A stretch of DNA of 64,000 nt from Guillardia theta CCMP2712 (Eukaryota > Protista > Cryptophyta), in NCBI RefSeq assembly GCF_000315625.1, contig NW_005434662.1, positions 8,026-72,025 on the forward strand, in the 5' to 3' direction. A program made the position numbers and the translations under genes. A model generated the notes under the pieces. The model worked only from the letters and a program-made list of their open reading frames with translations, was not told the DNA's origin and did not search any database. Of the stretch, positions 22,387 through 35,914 are shown in pieces. How positions within the stretch are numbered: position 1 is the first letter of the stretch; the number at the start of each line of letters is the position of its first letter.

Positions 22387-25300
22387 ATGAAGAAGCTCTT
22401 GAAAGTAGCAAGTTTTGGGATGTCAAGATCCAAGAACAAGGGTTCTAAAGACAAGGCGGCTTCAAGTGATGTTGCACCGCAGAACAATCAGGAGGTGCAA
22501 AAAGCTTCTTCTCAACCTCCTCAGCAGATTGCAAGTGTGCAGAAGCAAACAGTCCCTGCGCTAGATCTTGCTCGGGCTGAACGACAGCGAGATATGGAAG
22601 AGAAATCGAGTACGAACCAGTCCTACACCTCTGACAAGATGCATAAGGCTCAGAACAGCAGTCAGACAACGCATGAAACTGCTGTACTTGCAGAGGAGAA
22701 GCTGAAGAAAGATGCAGCGAGGAAGGAGGAGGCGAACAATCAAAGAGACGAGAATCTTGAGAGAGCAATCAACGATTCGATGGATTTCCTCGCCAATGAG
22801 GGTCTCAACTCTCCTGGTCTTTTCAAGGAGAAATGTAGCGAGCAACTCAAGGTTTCTGTGATGCAGGCAATCCTGGCAGGAAAACAAGTCGATTTCATCT
22901 CAATGAACAATGCAGCTTTGGCGACGACCATACTCGAAGAGTGCTTCATGCACAGTAGCTCTCCGATCTTTCCTGTCAAGTTGTTGGATCCCTTATACGA
23001 AGCCATGTGTATCCAGGGGGTGAAGAAATCGCATGCTCGAGTTCAGAGCATCCTCCTAGAAGCGATCCAGACGAACACGCTCTCGCCCGTCTTCCTCAAT
23101 CTCCTTGGATTGCTCAACCTTGTCGTGCAACACTCGGATCATAATCACTTCACCTTACATGACGCTTCCGAGCACTTCGCACGCTTCATGGCGCAAGACA
23201 AGCAACAAGTGCTGTCGAACGGCGATCGCAACGAGCGGGCAACTCAAGCAGCTGTCGTCCTCAAGGAGCTCATTGAGCATGTCTACACCATGTTCCCTTC
23301 TCCCAACGCCCAAGAAGAGCCCTCAGCTGGCGCAGCATCTGCCGATCACCAGCAGGCAACCGAGACATCTACTGCTGACGATGAGGATGCCGAGAGCAAG
23401 ACCGAGGCGCTGGAGACGCATGCCAACGATAACCAATGGGTTCACTTCCCTGAACCTGAACGCCCCTCACAAGAAGAGGATGCCACAGCACCCGTGGAAA
23501 GTTTTGACGAGCATAGAGATGATTCTCTTGTCAGCTCCAGCGATGCTGGGCAAGACGTCGAGCAGTCGCTCAAGCAGCCAGCAGCGACGGGGGAAGAGGA
23601 TGCGCAAGAAGAGTTTGTGCCTGTTGACTTCACAGCCATCGCCAAGTTCAACTATGACGCCACTGAGAGCGACGAGCTGACGCTTCGGAAGGGAGACAAG
23701 ATCAAGCTGACGCATCGAGTCTCGTGGGATCATGACACTGACCAGGGCTGGTACATCGGGCGGATCGGGGACAGGAGCGGGCATCTCCCCTCAACGCACA
23801 TTCAGATCGTTTACGAGGACGTGTTCGAGGACGAGGGGGCTGAGCCTATGACTGAAGCGATGGATGCTGAGGCGGGGCCAGCATCCGAGCCTCCCAATCA
23901 AGGAGAAGCCTCGGGATCTGACGAGCAAGACGCCATGGGCGAGAGCGAAGCGCCCAGCAGTCAACGTCCTCAGCTCGCGGATATGCATGACGAAGAAGAC
24001 AAGGAGACAAGCGTCGACATGGAGTGGAATGATGATGGCAAGCACAAGGAGCTGGAAGGCAACAGCAAGACGGAGGATGAAGAGTCGTTAGTTGCCTCGC
24101 TGTCAAAGAGGGAGAGCGATAAGGAGTCGTTCGAACTCGACGCGAATCATCCGTCGCCCATGGAACATGAAGATGCCGAGTCGCTCGATCTTTCAAGAAA
24201 TCTACATCTGGATCAGTATGACGTGCTTCTCGCTAGTGCCACAAGGTGTTGTTGGATACTTCCACGCTGCTGTTCTGATTTTCTTGCAGTGACGTCGAGG
24301 AGAGCCAGCACAGCAAGGAGTACGTCACGGCAACCCTTGAGCTTGTCGACGGAGCACATCCTGAGATCAGAGGGACGGAGGTGGGAGGGAAGGTGCCCCA
24401 GGAGATCGCCTACTTCGACGACCTCCAACGTGATCTCATAGGAAGCCTCTTTGACGCGAGCTGCAGCCTCGAACAGAAGAGCTCGACCAACTCTGTGATC
24501 GACGACAAGCTCAAGAGGGCCTGGAAAGACGCCTTGACCCAGTACGTGAACAAGAACAAGTCAAACGACAGGCTGCCCAAGCAGGAAGCAGCCCCGAACC
24601 CTCGGAGGCTCGTCAAAGCTGACTCCTTCTCTTCGAGCGTGATGCGCATGACCAAGAGTGCTCGGATAAAAGACGAAGAGAAGCGAACGAGGATCGAGCA
24701 GCTGAAGCAGCAAAGCGTGCAGGCTGCGAGCGCGAAGCAGGCAGCTTCTCTCAAGTCGCAGGACACGAAGAAACTCTCTCTTCAGACGGAGGTGTACTCC
24801 AAGACCACTCAGCGACCTCAGCCACGTCCCTGGAGGAACCCTCCCAGCGGGTTCAAGGCGTCCTCCTCCCAGAAGGTGCCCAGGTATGTTGACCCCGACG
24901 TTGTCATGGAGAGATGGAGGAAAGAGTGGGAGGAGAAGGTCATGAACGACCCGGACGTCAAGTTCCCCTCAGCGGCTGACAGCAGCAGCTACGCAGAACG
25001 TCTGCGGAGCTTCTCGCACTCGTTGGATGGCTCTGATGACAAGCCGGTGGAGCAGGAGGCGTCTACCTCGCTCTCGCTCTCGCTCTCTCAAGTCCATCAG
25101 ATCCGTGAGAGTCAACGCGAGCGCATCAAGGAGTACAACAGAGCCCTGGTGAGCACCCCGAGGCCCAAGTCTCGTCCTGCTACTTCCAGGCACAGCGATG
25201 GAGGCTCTTCGGTCACGGTGGAGCAGCAGGCCGACAGACGGTCTGAGCGAGCTCGCTCGTTGAGCGCCGGGAGGGCTCGGTTAGAAGACGCTGAGGTCAG

Positions 25301-28300
25301 CGACGGGGATCGAAAGCCCCGGAAACGAGAGCTTATGAGCGAGAACGCTGCCGTCAGACACATCGCTCGCCAACGAGCTGCCTGGGAGCGGCAACATGAG
25401 GGCCGGTCGTCCTCGGTAGAGCCTCCCAGCAAGAACAGAGCTCCGGCTCCCGCTGAAGCTGCAGACAAGCCCAACCAGGCGACAGTGGCGGCGAGCAAGG
25501 CGTTGCGACTAGCAGGGACAGCAGCGAACGCGAAGCGGGGGATCAAGCGAACCCCTGGCAAGTCACCCAAGGCTGCAGACGCTCCTGCGCTTGCCGAGAA
25601 GTTCCACATGCTCGAGGCTCACCTTCAGCGAGTCTCTCCCATCCAGTCTGCCTCGCTCAACTCCGCTGAGCCCTCCAAGGAGAAGCTGCCGATGTCCCAT
25701 CCTCCCGCTGACCTCCCGGTCGACTACCTCTTCAAGGAGGACGCACCTGTCAGCGGCTTGCCACATGTCGACCCCAGCAGCTCAGCCTCCATCGCCAACC
25801 GAGCGAGTGGATCTCAGAGGTTCTCCTCCAGCGCTGATCTCTCCGTCACCGCAGTCCGTAGAGCAGACAAGCACGACCTGCTGAGACGAGACGACCGCAG
25901 GGGTCCAGCTCAGTCCCAGGAGAAGCTCACCTGGAGCGTGCTTGACGCCAGCTCCTCCTCCAAGGATGACCCTGCCAGGTTTGCGCAGGAGGTGCAAAAC
26001 CTCATCGACGCTGTGGGGGTCGTCAGCCTCCACAAGCGCCCTCTAGAGCCTCTCCTCTCCCCTCCCGTCGCTGCTGGGCTCGAGCACGCCCTCCGCAAGG
26101 ACTCGCAGTTTCTTGATGGCCCCTTCCGGCCCCAGCTGAGGTGCCTGGAGACGGTAGGAGCGTTTTCGCTTCCCAAGGAGCCGCTTCCTACCCTCGTGCT
26201 GCCGTGCGGTGCTCTCATCTGGCGCTCAGATCGGGGCTGCGAGACGTACACGACCTTCCTGCCGGAGGGGACGGACAACGGGGTCTACCTGCACTGTTAC
26301 TCGCGGTACCGGGAGGAGATGAAGGAGGGGATGTGGATTCCCGAGGCTATCTTCGTCGCCTCTCGCACTCAATTTCATGCCTCCATCCTCTTCGCTCTCA
26401 CTGCTTACGCCTCGAACTTGCCTGCCTCGGTGCCCTGGGACACGTCGCACGTCAAGGAGCTGATCTCCATCCTCGCCATGCCTGTGCCCCTCCCCGGACA
26501 GCCGCTGCATGTTCAGATGTACAGTCAGATCGTCCACGTCCAGCGCCCCTCCGCCAAGGAGCTCCCGCTGGCAGACATCGACTTTGCCGTCCTCTTCCGC
26601 TGCCTGGACCTCGTCACCATTCGCCGGGTCCTCCTCCTCCTCCTCCTCGGCGAGCCACAATTGCTGGTTGTGGCAGACGATGCCAGCGTGCTGTTCCCGA
26701 TCCTCGAGGCCTTGAAGCTGCTGCTCTTCCCGTTTGAGTGGCCCTTCACTATGATTCCTATCCTCCCTATCAACTTCTTGACCGAGCTTGACTCCCCCTT
26801 CCCCTTCCTCCTCGGGGTCACCAGACCTGCCCTTCCGCGAGGAAGAGTCCCTTCCAACGTGTCGGTGCTGGACACAACGCACAAGACTCTCTCCATCCCC
26901 CCGGCCCTCAGTGCTCTCGAGCGCAGCAGCGCAGGAGTCGCTCTCGCCCGGGCCATGGACGAGCGTCTCCTCGCCTTCGAAGAGCGAGTCCTCCACGTGC
27001 TCCAAGGACACGCCGCGTGTGATCCAGCCAAGACGACCAACGACGAGATCTGGGCTGAGGCAATCACGGTGAGGGAACAGGTGACGTCAGCATGACTGGG
27101 TTGACCTGGTTGACAGGCACCTGGGACGTGGAAGTCTTTGAATGAGAACCACGTCTCTCCGCTGCAAACTTGTGTAGATGTTCTGAGAAACAACCTCCTG
27201 TTTGACCTCGGTGAGGCGAACAATGCATGCACCTGACCTCTCTTCCCTTGCGCTCTTGTGACTTGTGATTCCAGTCAGTTTGGTCTTCCGCTTTCCTCTC
27301 TTCGTTCAGAACGCTGTTGACGACGATGCGGTGATGGAGATCAGACAGAAGAAGCTTCTCCCTCCCAGCGGTACGAATGTCGTCCATGTCGACACAGCAG
27401 GCCTTGTCGGCGCGTCGGAGGAGCCGGAGATCCTAGAGGTTCTCTGCCGGACTCGCATGTTCAACCTGCTTGTCGCCAAGAGGATGCCGTACTGGGAGGC
27501 CGCGTTTGGCCTCCGGACGAGGTACAGTTGTGTGCCATGCATGCGAGCGAGTGAGGTCACCTGAGCAGAGGCAAGGGCGCGAGGAAGGCGAGAGCGGGCG
27601 ACCTCGTGGAGACGTACATGAGGGCGAGGCTGGAGGCGGAGGCACACGAGGTGGAGGGTCGCTGACGGGGTGAAGTCAAGTCACGTGCCTGGCAGATCGC
27701 GAACTTGGAGACGATCCAGATGTGTGGGTTCTTGTTTGTGCAGGAGGACAGGCGGCAGCAGGCAGGCACGAGTGTGCAGGGAGAGCGGAGCCTCACGCGA
27801 TCGGAGAGGAGCCATGAGAGCGGCTGGCAGTTGAAGTGGTGCGAGCTGGACGGGTGAGTAGCAAGAGCTTGCGAGGAGGAGGGGGAGGGAGCCTGAGACT
27901 TTCTTGCAGCCTCTCCTTGAAGATGCTGGTCTTTCAGAGCCCCGCAGGTGCCCCAGTCCTCCTTGACCTGCCCCTCCCTCACTTGCTGCACAGGTCCAGC
28001 TCCTTCAGTGGTCGGTGGGGAGGCGTCGGAGGACGATGTGGTCTTCCTTCTGGAGGAGCGAGAGACTTTCATCAACGCCTTCGAGTCGAGTCGCAGGCAC
28101 TGAACTTCTCCTCCTCCTCCCTCACTGACAACCTTTTCAGGGACCCGACCTCCTTCAACTTCGAGATCTCTGTGAGAGGACAGGGCTCGGTGACAGATCT
28201 TCTCCTCCCCGCTCCCGTTCATCCCTCCCCCTCTCCCTCCCCTCTTCCTTGTGCTCCATCTCTACTCTCAACTCCATCTGGTGATTGATCCCAAAGGTGC

Positions 28301-28578
28301 AGGGGAGTGGGCAGGACGTGATACGGTCACTTCGCATCTGCGCCAAGGTAGCCTTCAGCTGCAGCTCCTGCTGGCTGACCTGTTGCCAGGATGCCGCGTC
28401 TCGAACAAGCTGGATAAAGCACATCCGAGCTCGATGCATGGGACCCGAGGTGAGAAAACGCTCTGCTGGACTCGACCCGGGGCTGATCGAGACGCAGCCG
28501 CTACACAAGTTGGCAGAGATGGTAGGAACTCATGGAGGAGGAACAGACGCGAGCTCACCCCAGGGCCCGCGGCGATGA
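22387..28578 (+). CDS. Multidomain protein: RhoGAP-like, SH3, long disordered linker, DENN (u/c/d), PH
   Basis: RhoGAP-like MDFLANEGLNSPGLFKE...SPIFP. SH3 AIAKFNYDATESDELTLRKGDKI..GWYIG..GHLPSTHI. cDENN LPLADIDFAVLFRCL..LLFPFEWPFTMIPILP..SPFPFLLGV. PH CGFLFVQ..WQLKWCEL..RTSWIKHI. Intron 24246-24289 joins the 684-aa and 904-aa ORFs in frame. Confidence 0.78.
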
Positions 28579-28663
28579 AGAGGCGATTGTACACATAGGA
28601 TTGAAGTGAAACATCTCAAACGTTCATGTCTGTTAAGTTCGCAATTAAATGTTGAAGCTCTGG

Positions 28664-29344
28664 TTATGTTTGCCTCTTGCTGTGCGTCAAGATGCCGTTG
28701 TAAGGATCTACCAGGTCCAGGAACTCAGCGAAGGAGAATTCTTTCTCTGTCTCCTGTACGCTCTTACCAAACAACTGATCTGTCAGCTTCCCCATCACCT
28801 GCTCGCTCAGGTCAGCCCTACCCTCCAGCTCCTCGGTCGCACCTCCTTGCCATAGCGATGGTAAAGGATTTCCATGCACTCGTCTTCGCTCATCGTCCCT
28901 CCGCCATCCTTGTCGCACACCATGAACTCTATCAGGTTGTAAAGTCGTGTCGGCTCTTGGCCCGTCCTGTCCTTTCGGCATCGCACGTAGAGCTGGACGA
29001 AGTTGTCCCAGTCGATCCACCCGTTAGCGTCCTCGTCCACTTCCCAGATGATGTCTTCCACCTCTGACAGCCCGTACTCCGTCCTCTTCCGCGGCTGGTA
29101 CCCGAGATTCTGCCGTCGAAGAGGTGAGTTGAAGCAGCAACAGGACGAGGAGAGCACTAGGGAGGTTTACCTTGTACGCCTGAGTCAGCTCTTGGACGTC
29201 GATCTTGCCGTCTTTCTGCGACATGCTCAGAAGCCAGGTGAAGCCCAACAGAGATCTCACCTTGAGATCCATCCTCTCGAAGACGCGCCCTAGGTTGTCA
29301 TAATCCACTCGCTTGTCCAGCCCATACTTTTCCCACTCTTCCAT
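28664..29344 (-). CDS. Calmodulin/centrin-like EF-hand protein, multi-exon
   Basis: EF loops DLK|KDGKIDVQE, DEDANGWIDWDN and DKDGGGTMSEDE, assembled across short introns. Confidence 0.8.
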
Positions 29345-29699
29345 CTCAGACGCCTCTCACAGGAAGCAGAACGTAAGGACGTCAGGCCACTGGAAACAAG
29401 TCTGAGAGTCAGAGCGTCGCCGTGGCTTGTAAGTTGGGCAAGTCTACTCCTGTCTCAACACATCTCCTTTGCTCTCCCTCGCATTGCTACCTCTTCCTGC
29501 TCTCTTTCCTCCATCGAGGACTGCACTAGTTCCTGAATCAGCGCTCTTTCCTTTCTCAACACCCTCCGGCAGTGAAGCCGCCCAGCTGATTCTTTAGCAG
29601 AAAGATCATCAGGCTTCAGGCTCAGGTTCTCTCATCTATTCTTCAACTTCATCTTCAAGCAAGACAATCGGCTGAGCGGCCCTCGTCTAGTCTTCTCCC

Positions 29700-30010
29700 G
29701 GATCTCACTCGGTCACTAGCTGAGTCTGCCAGTAGCTGAGCTGAGCCTCAGCGGCGTCTCTCCTCATCATGGCGCTGAGTCGCCCGAAATTCGTCTGGTG
29801 CCAGCCTAGTAGGATCACTCGATTTCCGTTGGTCGGTCCAGTACCAGTACCTCAAAATTACTCAACAGCCCGGCCTTGGAACCAAGGCGGCGGTTCACGG
29901 TCACTGACCGTGCAAGAGCCGGGCCCGGCCCACGGCCCGGCGATCGGCGATGATCATGCCTATCGGATCGGGCCTCCGGTCCGGCTGTTGAGCGGCAGGT
30001 CGGGCCAACC
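29700..30010. promoter_or_regulatory. GC-rich island between divergent EF-hand and RGG-protein genes
   Basis: GGCCC/CCGG words, CTGAGTC and GTCACTGA motifs. Confidence 0.45.
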
Positions 30011-30039
30011 CCTCTGCACTTTGTTGCAGGCCTGCTTTC

Positions 30040-31340
30040 GACCACCTCTCATTTGGTGGGAAATGAAGGGGGTACTTTATGTGGGCCTTCAGGCAGGCAT
30101 CATGGCTGGGGTACAGTATAGTATCAAGTTGATCTAAGTGAGGAACTAGTAAAAATTGCATATCCTCTTACCCTGCATTCAACGCTCCAAATGACCTCGC
30201 AGGCTTCCCACCCTACCCTGCTTCTAATGTGCCATCCCATGGACCCCCTCTAGTGCTTCGGTTTCCGTTGCCCCTACATCACCGTCGCGTCATCATCCAC
30301 CCTCCATTGTTCCTATGACAAGCACCGGTACTCAATGAGAAGCACCACCCCACCCCTCTCCTTGAATAGCTTATTTCACCCCACCCCATCTCTGAACTGT
30401 ATGTGACCCTCGGCACAAAGCGTCGCAATTCAACAGTGAGTCATTGGCTGTACCCCTCCCCTCCCACCCCACCCTAGATACTTGATCACCCCTATGTTCC
30501 AGACATAGCCCATGGTGACCCCATGGTGAAAGAGTCACGTGCAAACAAAAAGCACATTGGTCCGGGAGGAGAGAACCAGATGGTATGGGGTAGCCTCTCA
30601 GAACTTAGGAGGCTACTTAGAAAACTACAGTGGGTAAGGTACAAAGTGCATGACCTGTTCATGAGCGCCTGTACATAAAGGCTCACATGCAATTGAACCC
30701 AAGGCAATGGGTGGGGGTGATCTTTGAGTTGGTACCTAGTTTCATCACCGGTCATTGTGTGTCCAGGGGTGTTTTCCAAAGCAAAGGGGTGGGGGAGGTG
30801 TGCCTGCTTCTAGAAGGATACATGTGGGTGGATGAATGACTGGGGGTGATGCGTCCGAGAGGGATAAATTTGATGGGTGGGGTCCAGTGATCATCCAAAT
30901 ATGGGGGTGCTTTACTGAGCCAAAATAGTATTATGAGAGGGTAGGTCATGAGGGTCCAGCCGACATGCAAATCGGATATTGTGGATTGGGGGTAGGGGTA
31001 GCTATGTGAGGGGTCCACAAAAGAAGTGATGGGGGTGGGATATGAAGGGGTCATGAAGGACACGGGTGGTAAGTTTGTGGATCTCAGAGAGGAGCCAGTG
31101 GTAGGGGTAGGGGTAGGGTCATTGTTTGACAGCAAGGGTCCTCATCAAGCGGACCATTAAATGTTAGGGGTTAAATGAGGAAAAGGAATAAAGGATGGTC
31201 TGGGGGTGGGTGAAAATATATAACGAAAGGGGGTGATGCCAATTTAAGCTTGTAAAGTGAGGTGGGTGAAAATTTGAATGTGGGTAGGGTCTATTGAGGA
31301 CCGGTACTTTGATTTTTGTGCAGGGATGGGGTAGGGTGGT
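30040..31340. other. TACCCC-to-GGGGTA bipolar tract
   Basis: The left part is C-run rich (to ~30520) and the right part G-run rich on the + strand. Confidence 0.55.
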
Positions 31341-31886
31341 TTGCCAAACTTCCTCCCGCGCAGTCCTCTCTCTCCCGCCCTTCTTTCCATATCCATGTCG
31401 TGCTCGCTCTGTTTCTGATTGCTTGCCCTGCTCTTGCCTCCTGCGTCAAGTGCTAAAGAACAGTTGTATTCAAGTCAGCATGCTGTAACACGATATCCTC
31501 AAATCTCTCTCTTTCTCCTCTCTTCGCTCTCGAAAGTTTCAAACTGACGGAAACGTGGGTCTAACAACAACCTTGTCATTTCGTTCTCTTTCATGCTTTC
31601 AGTCGAATGTTGCCATGAAGTACTCAAGCTTGATCAAAGCGAATCCCTCAACTTGGTTTCCCTCTACAAACTGTTCTTTGTAAAAGCTCTATGTCAGTGC
31701 GAAAGTGTAGTTGTGCTCTGCGAGTGTTTGTTGGTTTCTCTAATTTGCATACTGATTGTTGAAGCCCCTCAAATCTCATTCATGTAATTGGTTCCATGAC
31801 ACGTGTTGAAGAGAAACCTTCACGGCGCAATGAAAACTCGACTGACATCCTAGTTTTGCTTGAGCAGGCAGCGGCTTTCTCGGCAA

Positions 31887-34800
31887 TGCTTGCCTTTGGT
31901 TTGAAATTACCAAACCAGGTCAAGAAGGGAGCAGCAGAGATTCAGCATGAGGAAAAGAAGGCAAGAGGAGAGCTAGTAGACTATGTCGACCCTACAGCCC
32001 ACCTTCCCTGGAAGAAAAACAAAGGTGGTACATGGGGTGTACAATCAAACGCTCCTCAACAAAGTAACCCTCCCCATTCATCTCCACATGCACCCCCCAA
32101 GGATAAGAGTAAACCTGCCTGGAATGTAGAGAATATCCAACAACCACCTCAATTATCTCTCGAGGATGAGCTTGCCAAGGTTTGTTCCCTTTTGTTTTTG
32201 TTTTTGTGAAAGGTTCCTCCTTACAACATGATCAGGAGAATCCTACTTCCCCCAAAGCAGCACCTACATCTCCAAAGGTTGCAAAGCCTGCATGGGGTGG
32301 TGCGGGGCTTCCAAAAGCGCCTGTTGAGATTAAGAAAGAAATTCCTTCGTTCTCAGGGTCCGCCTGGGCTGATGAATGCGACGACGATGATGACGATGTT
32401 GAAGTCAAGAAACCTGTCCAGACTTCCTCAAGTCAACCCGTGTCTGATTTTTCGTCGAATGGGTCTCGATTCTCAGGTGCAAGGGTACCTTTTGCAGTCC
32501 ATCCTGATGGCGATAGAACTAGAGAACGTGAAATGGACCCTACAGACAGCATGTTTAGGGGCGAAAGGAATGGTGTAAACGATCGTGGATTCGGTAACCG
32601 TAGAGAACATTACGAAAGATTCACTGATCGGCGAGAACAATTTGAAAGAGACTTCGAAAGACATGGTTATCAGAAAGGTTTTGAGCGAAGGGGATTAGAT
32701 GATCGTTCAGCAGCTTTTGATAGATTCCGTGGATCTCAGGAGCGGGAACGAGGTTATTATGATCGAGACAGGGTCATGCACGAACGAGAGAGAATTATGT
32801 ACGATCGCGAAAGAGGACCTGCTTGGAATTCATCACATGATCAATGGAAACAAGGAAGGCAAGGTTTTCGTTCTGATCCTTTCGATGGAGGTAGATCCTT
32901 TGATGGAGGCAGGCACGCAGGGGAAGCTTTCGAGAGGAACTTCCGTGACGATGGTGCCTACAAACGTGATCAAGTGGACACAGAGAGAAGTTCCATGGAT
33001 GTTTCCCGAGATAGGATGGGAACTGAAGGATCCTCATCAAGATCTGGTTTTGTCGGGAGAACGCCTGACAATAGATCACTGTACCAACCAGGGCAAGGTG
33101 CCCGGGGGCCGATTGAAACGACCAAACGATTGGATGGAGAAATGCCTCGAAATCCAGAACAAGATACGCTCCGAAGGGACAGAGCAGGAAGTACTGAAGC
33201 ATTGGAAAGACAAATTTTGACTCAGGATGGAACTTCAAATGTGTTGATTGACCAAGGTCGAATTAACACCACTGAAGGAAGAGTTGAAGATGCGAATCCG
33301 AGATCTTCAGGGGAGCTGACAGACTCCAGGAATACTCCAGCATCACGCCACGACAAAAATGTTCAGGATCGGATCACAAAGTCACAGCATGATCCCGAGG
33401 ATCCAACCTGGGCGAAATTAGGCAGGGAACGACAAAATGAACCCCTAGAGAAATCTCCAACTTTGAGTCCTTCAAAGCCTCCAATCGCCATTATGAGAAG
33501 GCCGAATAAGGATCTTGCTAATCCAGAGATTGAAAGCGAACGGCATGCTGTGCTGCATAGTGATCAAAAAGCAAGTTGCACAAATAATTTATCTGCGTCC
33601 AAGCATCTGATCAAAGAGGTCAATACTACAACACGTGTGGAGCACACAGGTCTTTGAAAATCTTCTTCATTACTTTTTAACTTTCAATGTAGAAGAGAGT
33701 TCGACCTCGATCGGACCTCCTGTCTCAACGAATCCGACAAACTCAATCAAGGTATGTCATATTTTGATATTTTGACCTGTGCCGCGTCAATCAAACAGTT
33801 GTGACGGTTCACTTGCAGGTGGATTCTGATCGAGAGGCGAAACAAATTTCAAGACCGAATTCAGATCCTATCAACCAATCCTTGAACACAATTTCTGTAC
33901 TGACTCGGGATCAAGATATCTCGAAACAAGGTACACCGTCAACTCGTTGTCGTCGAGTACATGCAATTGATAAAGTTTCAGATGTGCATGGCAACAATCC
34001 TGGAGAGAAGAAAATTGAAATTCTACCGAGATCTGTGGATGAAACGAAAGATGAAATTCTGACCGTCTCAGGAAGTAGGAAACATGATGATAATATGAAG
34101 CGGAGTCAAAACCATCACAATGAAGCGATTCAGCGTTATCAACCAAAGCAGATGCGCCAACGCAATACGGTATTAATTTCTGCGTCAGAGACGGCAGTGG
34201 AGACCCTTCCAAAGCTACCCGAGCAGTCGCATGGTGAAGTCACATCAGGTGTAAATCCACCGAAAGATCTCAATTCACACGAAAAAGATGGAAGTCAAAC
34301 GGTGAAATACAGCAAGAGTGGCAAAGTGTTAAAGACGGAGGCAAAAAGGAATATTGTCATACAGTCGGTTGAAAGCGTCATCGACTCGAACAATGACTCT
34401 CAACTCAATCATTCAAATTCTTTACAACTCAACAAGAGCAAGCAGGACAAGGGTCATAGGAGTGGAGTGATCCATGAGATCGTGCCAGGCACAGACCTGC
34501 AGTGCGAGCCTGCGAAGGAAGTACAATCTAAGGGACAGGCACAGAAAATCCAATCCCAGCAGCATTTTCCAAAAGCAAATAATCCAAAACAGCAAAAGCA
34601 GAGGCCGAACAGTGCAATCCAACGACAACAGCAGCCTGTTGTAAAAGAGTCGCAATTTCAAACACAGCCAGCACAGCAATCAGTGGATAAGGGCAATGGG
34701 GCCAGAGACAACAAGAAGTCAGATGCTGACGACGAAAATATGAAACAACAAACAATGAAGATAAAACAGCACGCAACAGCTGTAAAAAGCCCAAACTCAG

Positions 34801-35741
34801 CTGAAGGCCAGCCTCAAGGAGATCAGGTCAAGAAGCAACACAACTCTGGTCAACCTGCACAAGTAAATCGAGAAAAGCAAGTTGCTCCTTCCAAAGGAAA
34901 CGCAGTAGTGCAATCTGAACAGGAGGGTGCAAATGTTCCTCCAGGGCGTGCAAGGGCATCTACACCAAGGAACAAATACGGTAAAGGCGTGAATGTGGAG
35001 CAAGATCGTTCAGAAAAAGTTTTGGTAGCTGATGAGTCCTTGGCAAAGGATGTTGCAGGACAACCTGAAGAAACCAAAGCTGTCCATGGAGGTGACAACA
35101 GGAAGAAATTTGGTCGTGACAAGATCAAGACACCGCATTCTGAACAGGACCAAAGCTCAACCAAGAGCAAACATGCTTTGCAGTCAGCAGAGTCGAACAA
35201 CTCGAACTCAAGTGCAATGGGCAAAGAAAATTCAGAATTGGAGGAAGCGGCAAAGCATCCCAGGAATAAGGAAAGATCGATCGAACACTATGTTCCTCCC
35301 AAACTTCGACAGCAAAGGTCACAACCTAAAGAGCAGGCCCAGGAGGATTTACAACAGGATGGGCAGAATGCCCAATCCAATCCATCAGTAGATGGTTCGC
35401 AAAAGCCTCTTAAAGGAGTCGACAACAAGAAGAACCGCAAGATCAACAGAGACTCTGCACCTTTTTCTGATGTTCCTGCGGATGGAAAGCTTCAGAATCA
35501 GGAGCCAAAATATTTGCCTGGTGAGAGCAACGGGAATGTTGTCAGCTGTAGTGCGCAAGAAGCTGGCGATTCAAAGGGCGAGGAAGGTCCTCAGACAAGC
35601 TCGTCGACGACGCGGGTGACTTTTGTGTGCGCATACGAAGTTAGAATACTCATGTTGAGTGTGCAGGGCTTTCGTCCGAGGGGGAGAGGAGGCAGCCGCT
35701 TTCGTGGGCGCGGAGGTCACAAACCAGCTATCGCAACATGA
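31887..35741 (+). CDS. Large intrinsically disordered protein with R/D/E/G-rich region and C-terminal RGG box, multi-exon
   Basis: Consecutive long ORFs (137, 491 and 646 aa) joined by short GT-AG introns. SAWADECDDDDD motif, RD/RE repeats, and a terminal GFRPRGRGGSRFRGRGG. Confidence 0.65.
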
Positions 35742-35914
35742 TGAAGTTTCAGTGCATTGTAGTTGCGACGCCTCCCCGGCGGCGATGCCCACCGTCACGT
35801 GATCAGTGATACGTGAGTGGAAGCCTTGAACAGTTTCAAGTCTCAGTGTTGTCACAGTGTAGCAGTATATTATCACAGAGTCAGTTCAAATGAAGCATCT
35901 CAGTCCGAATCACT

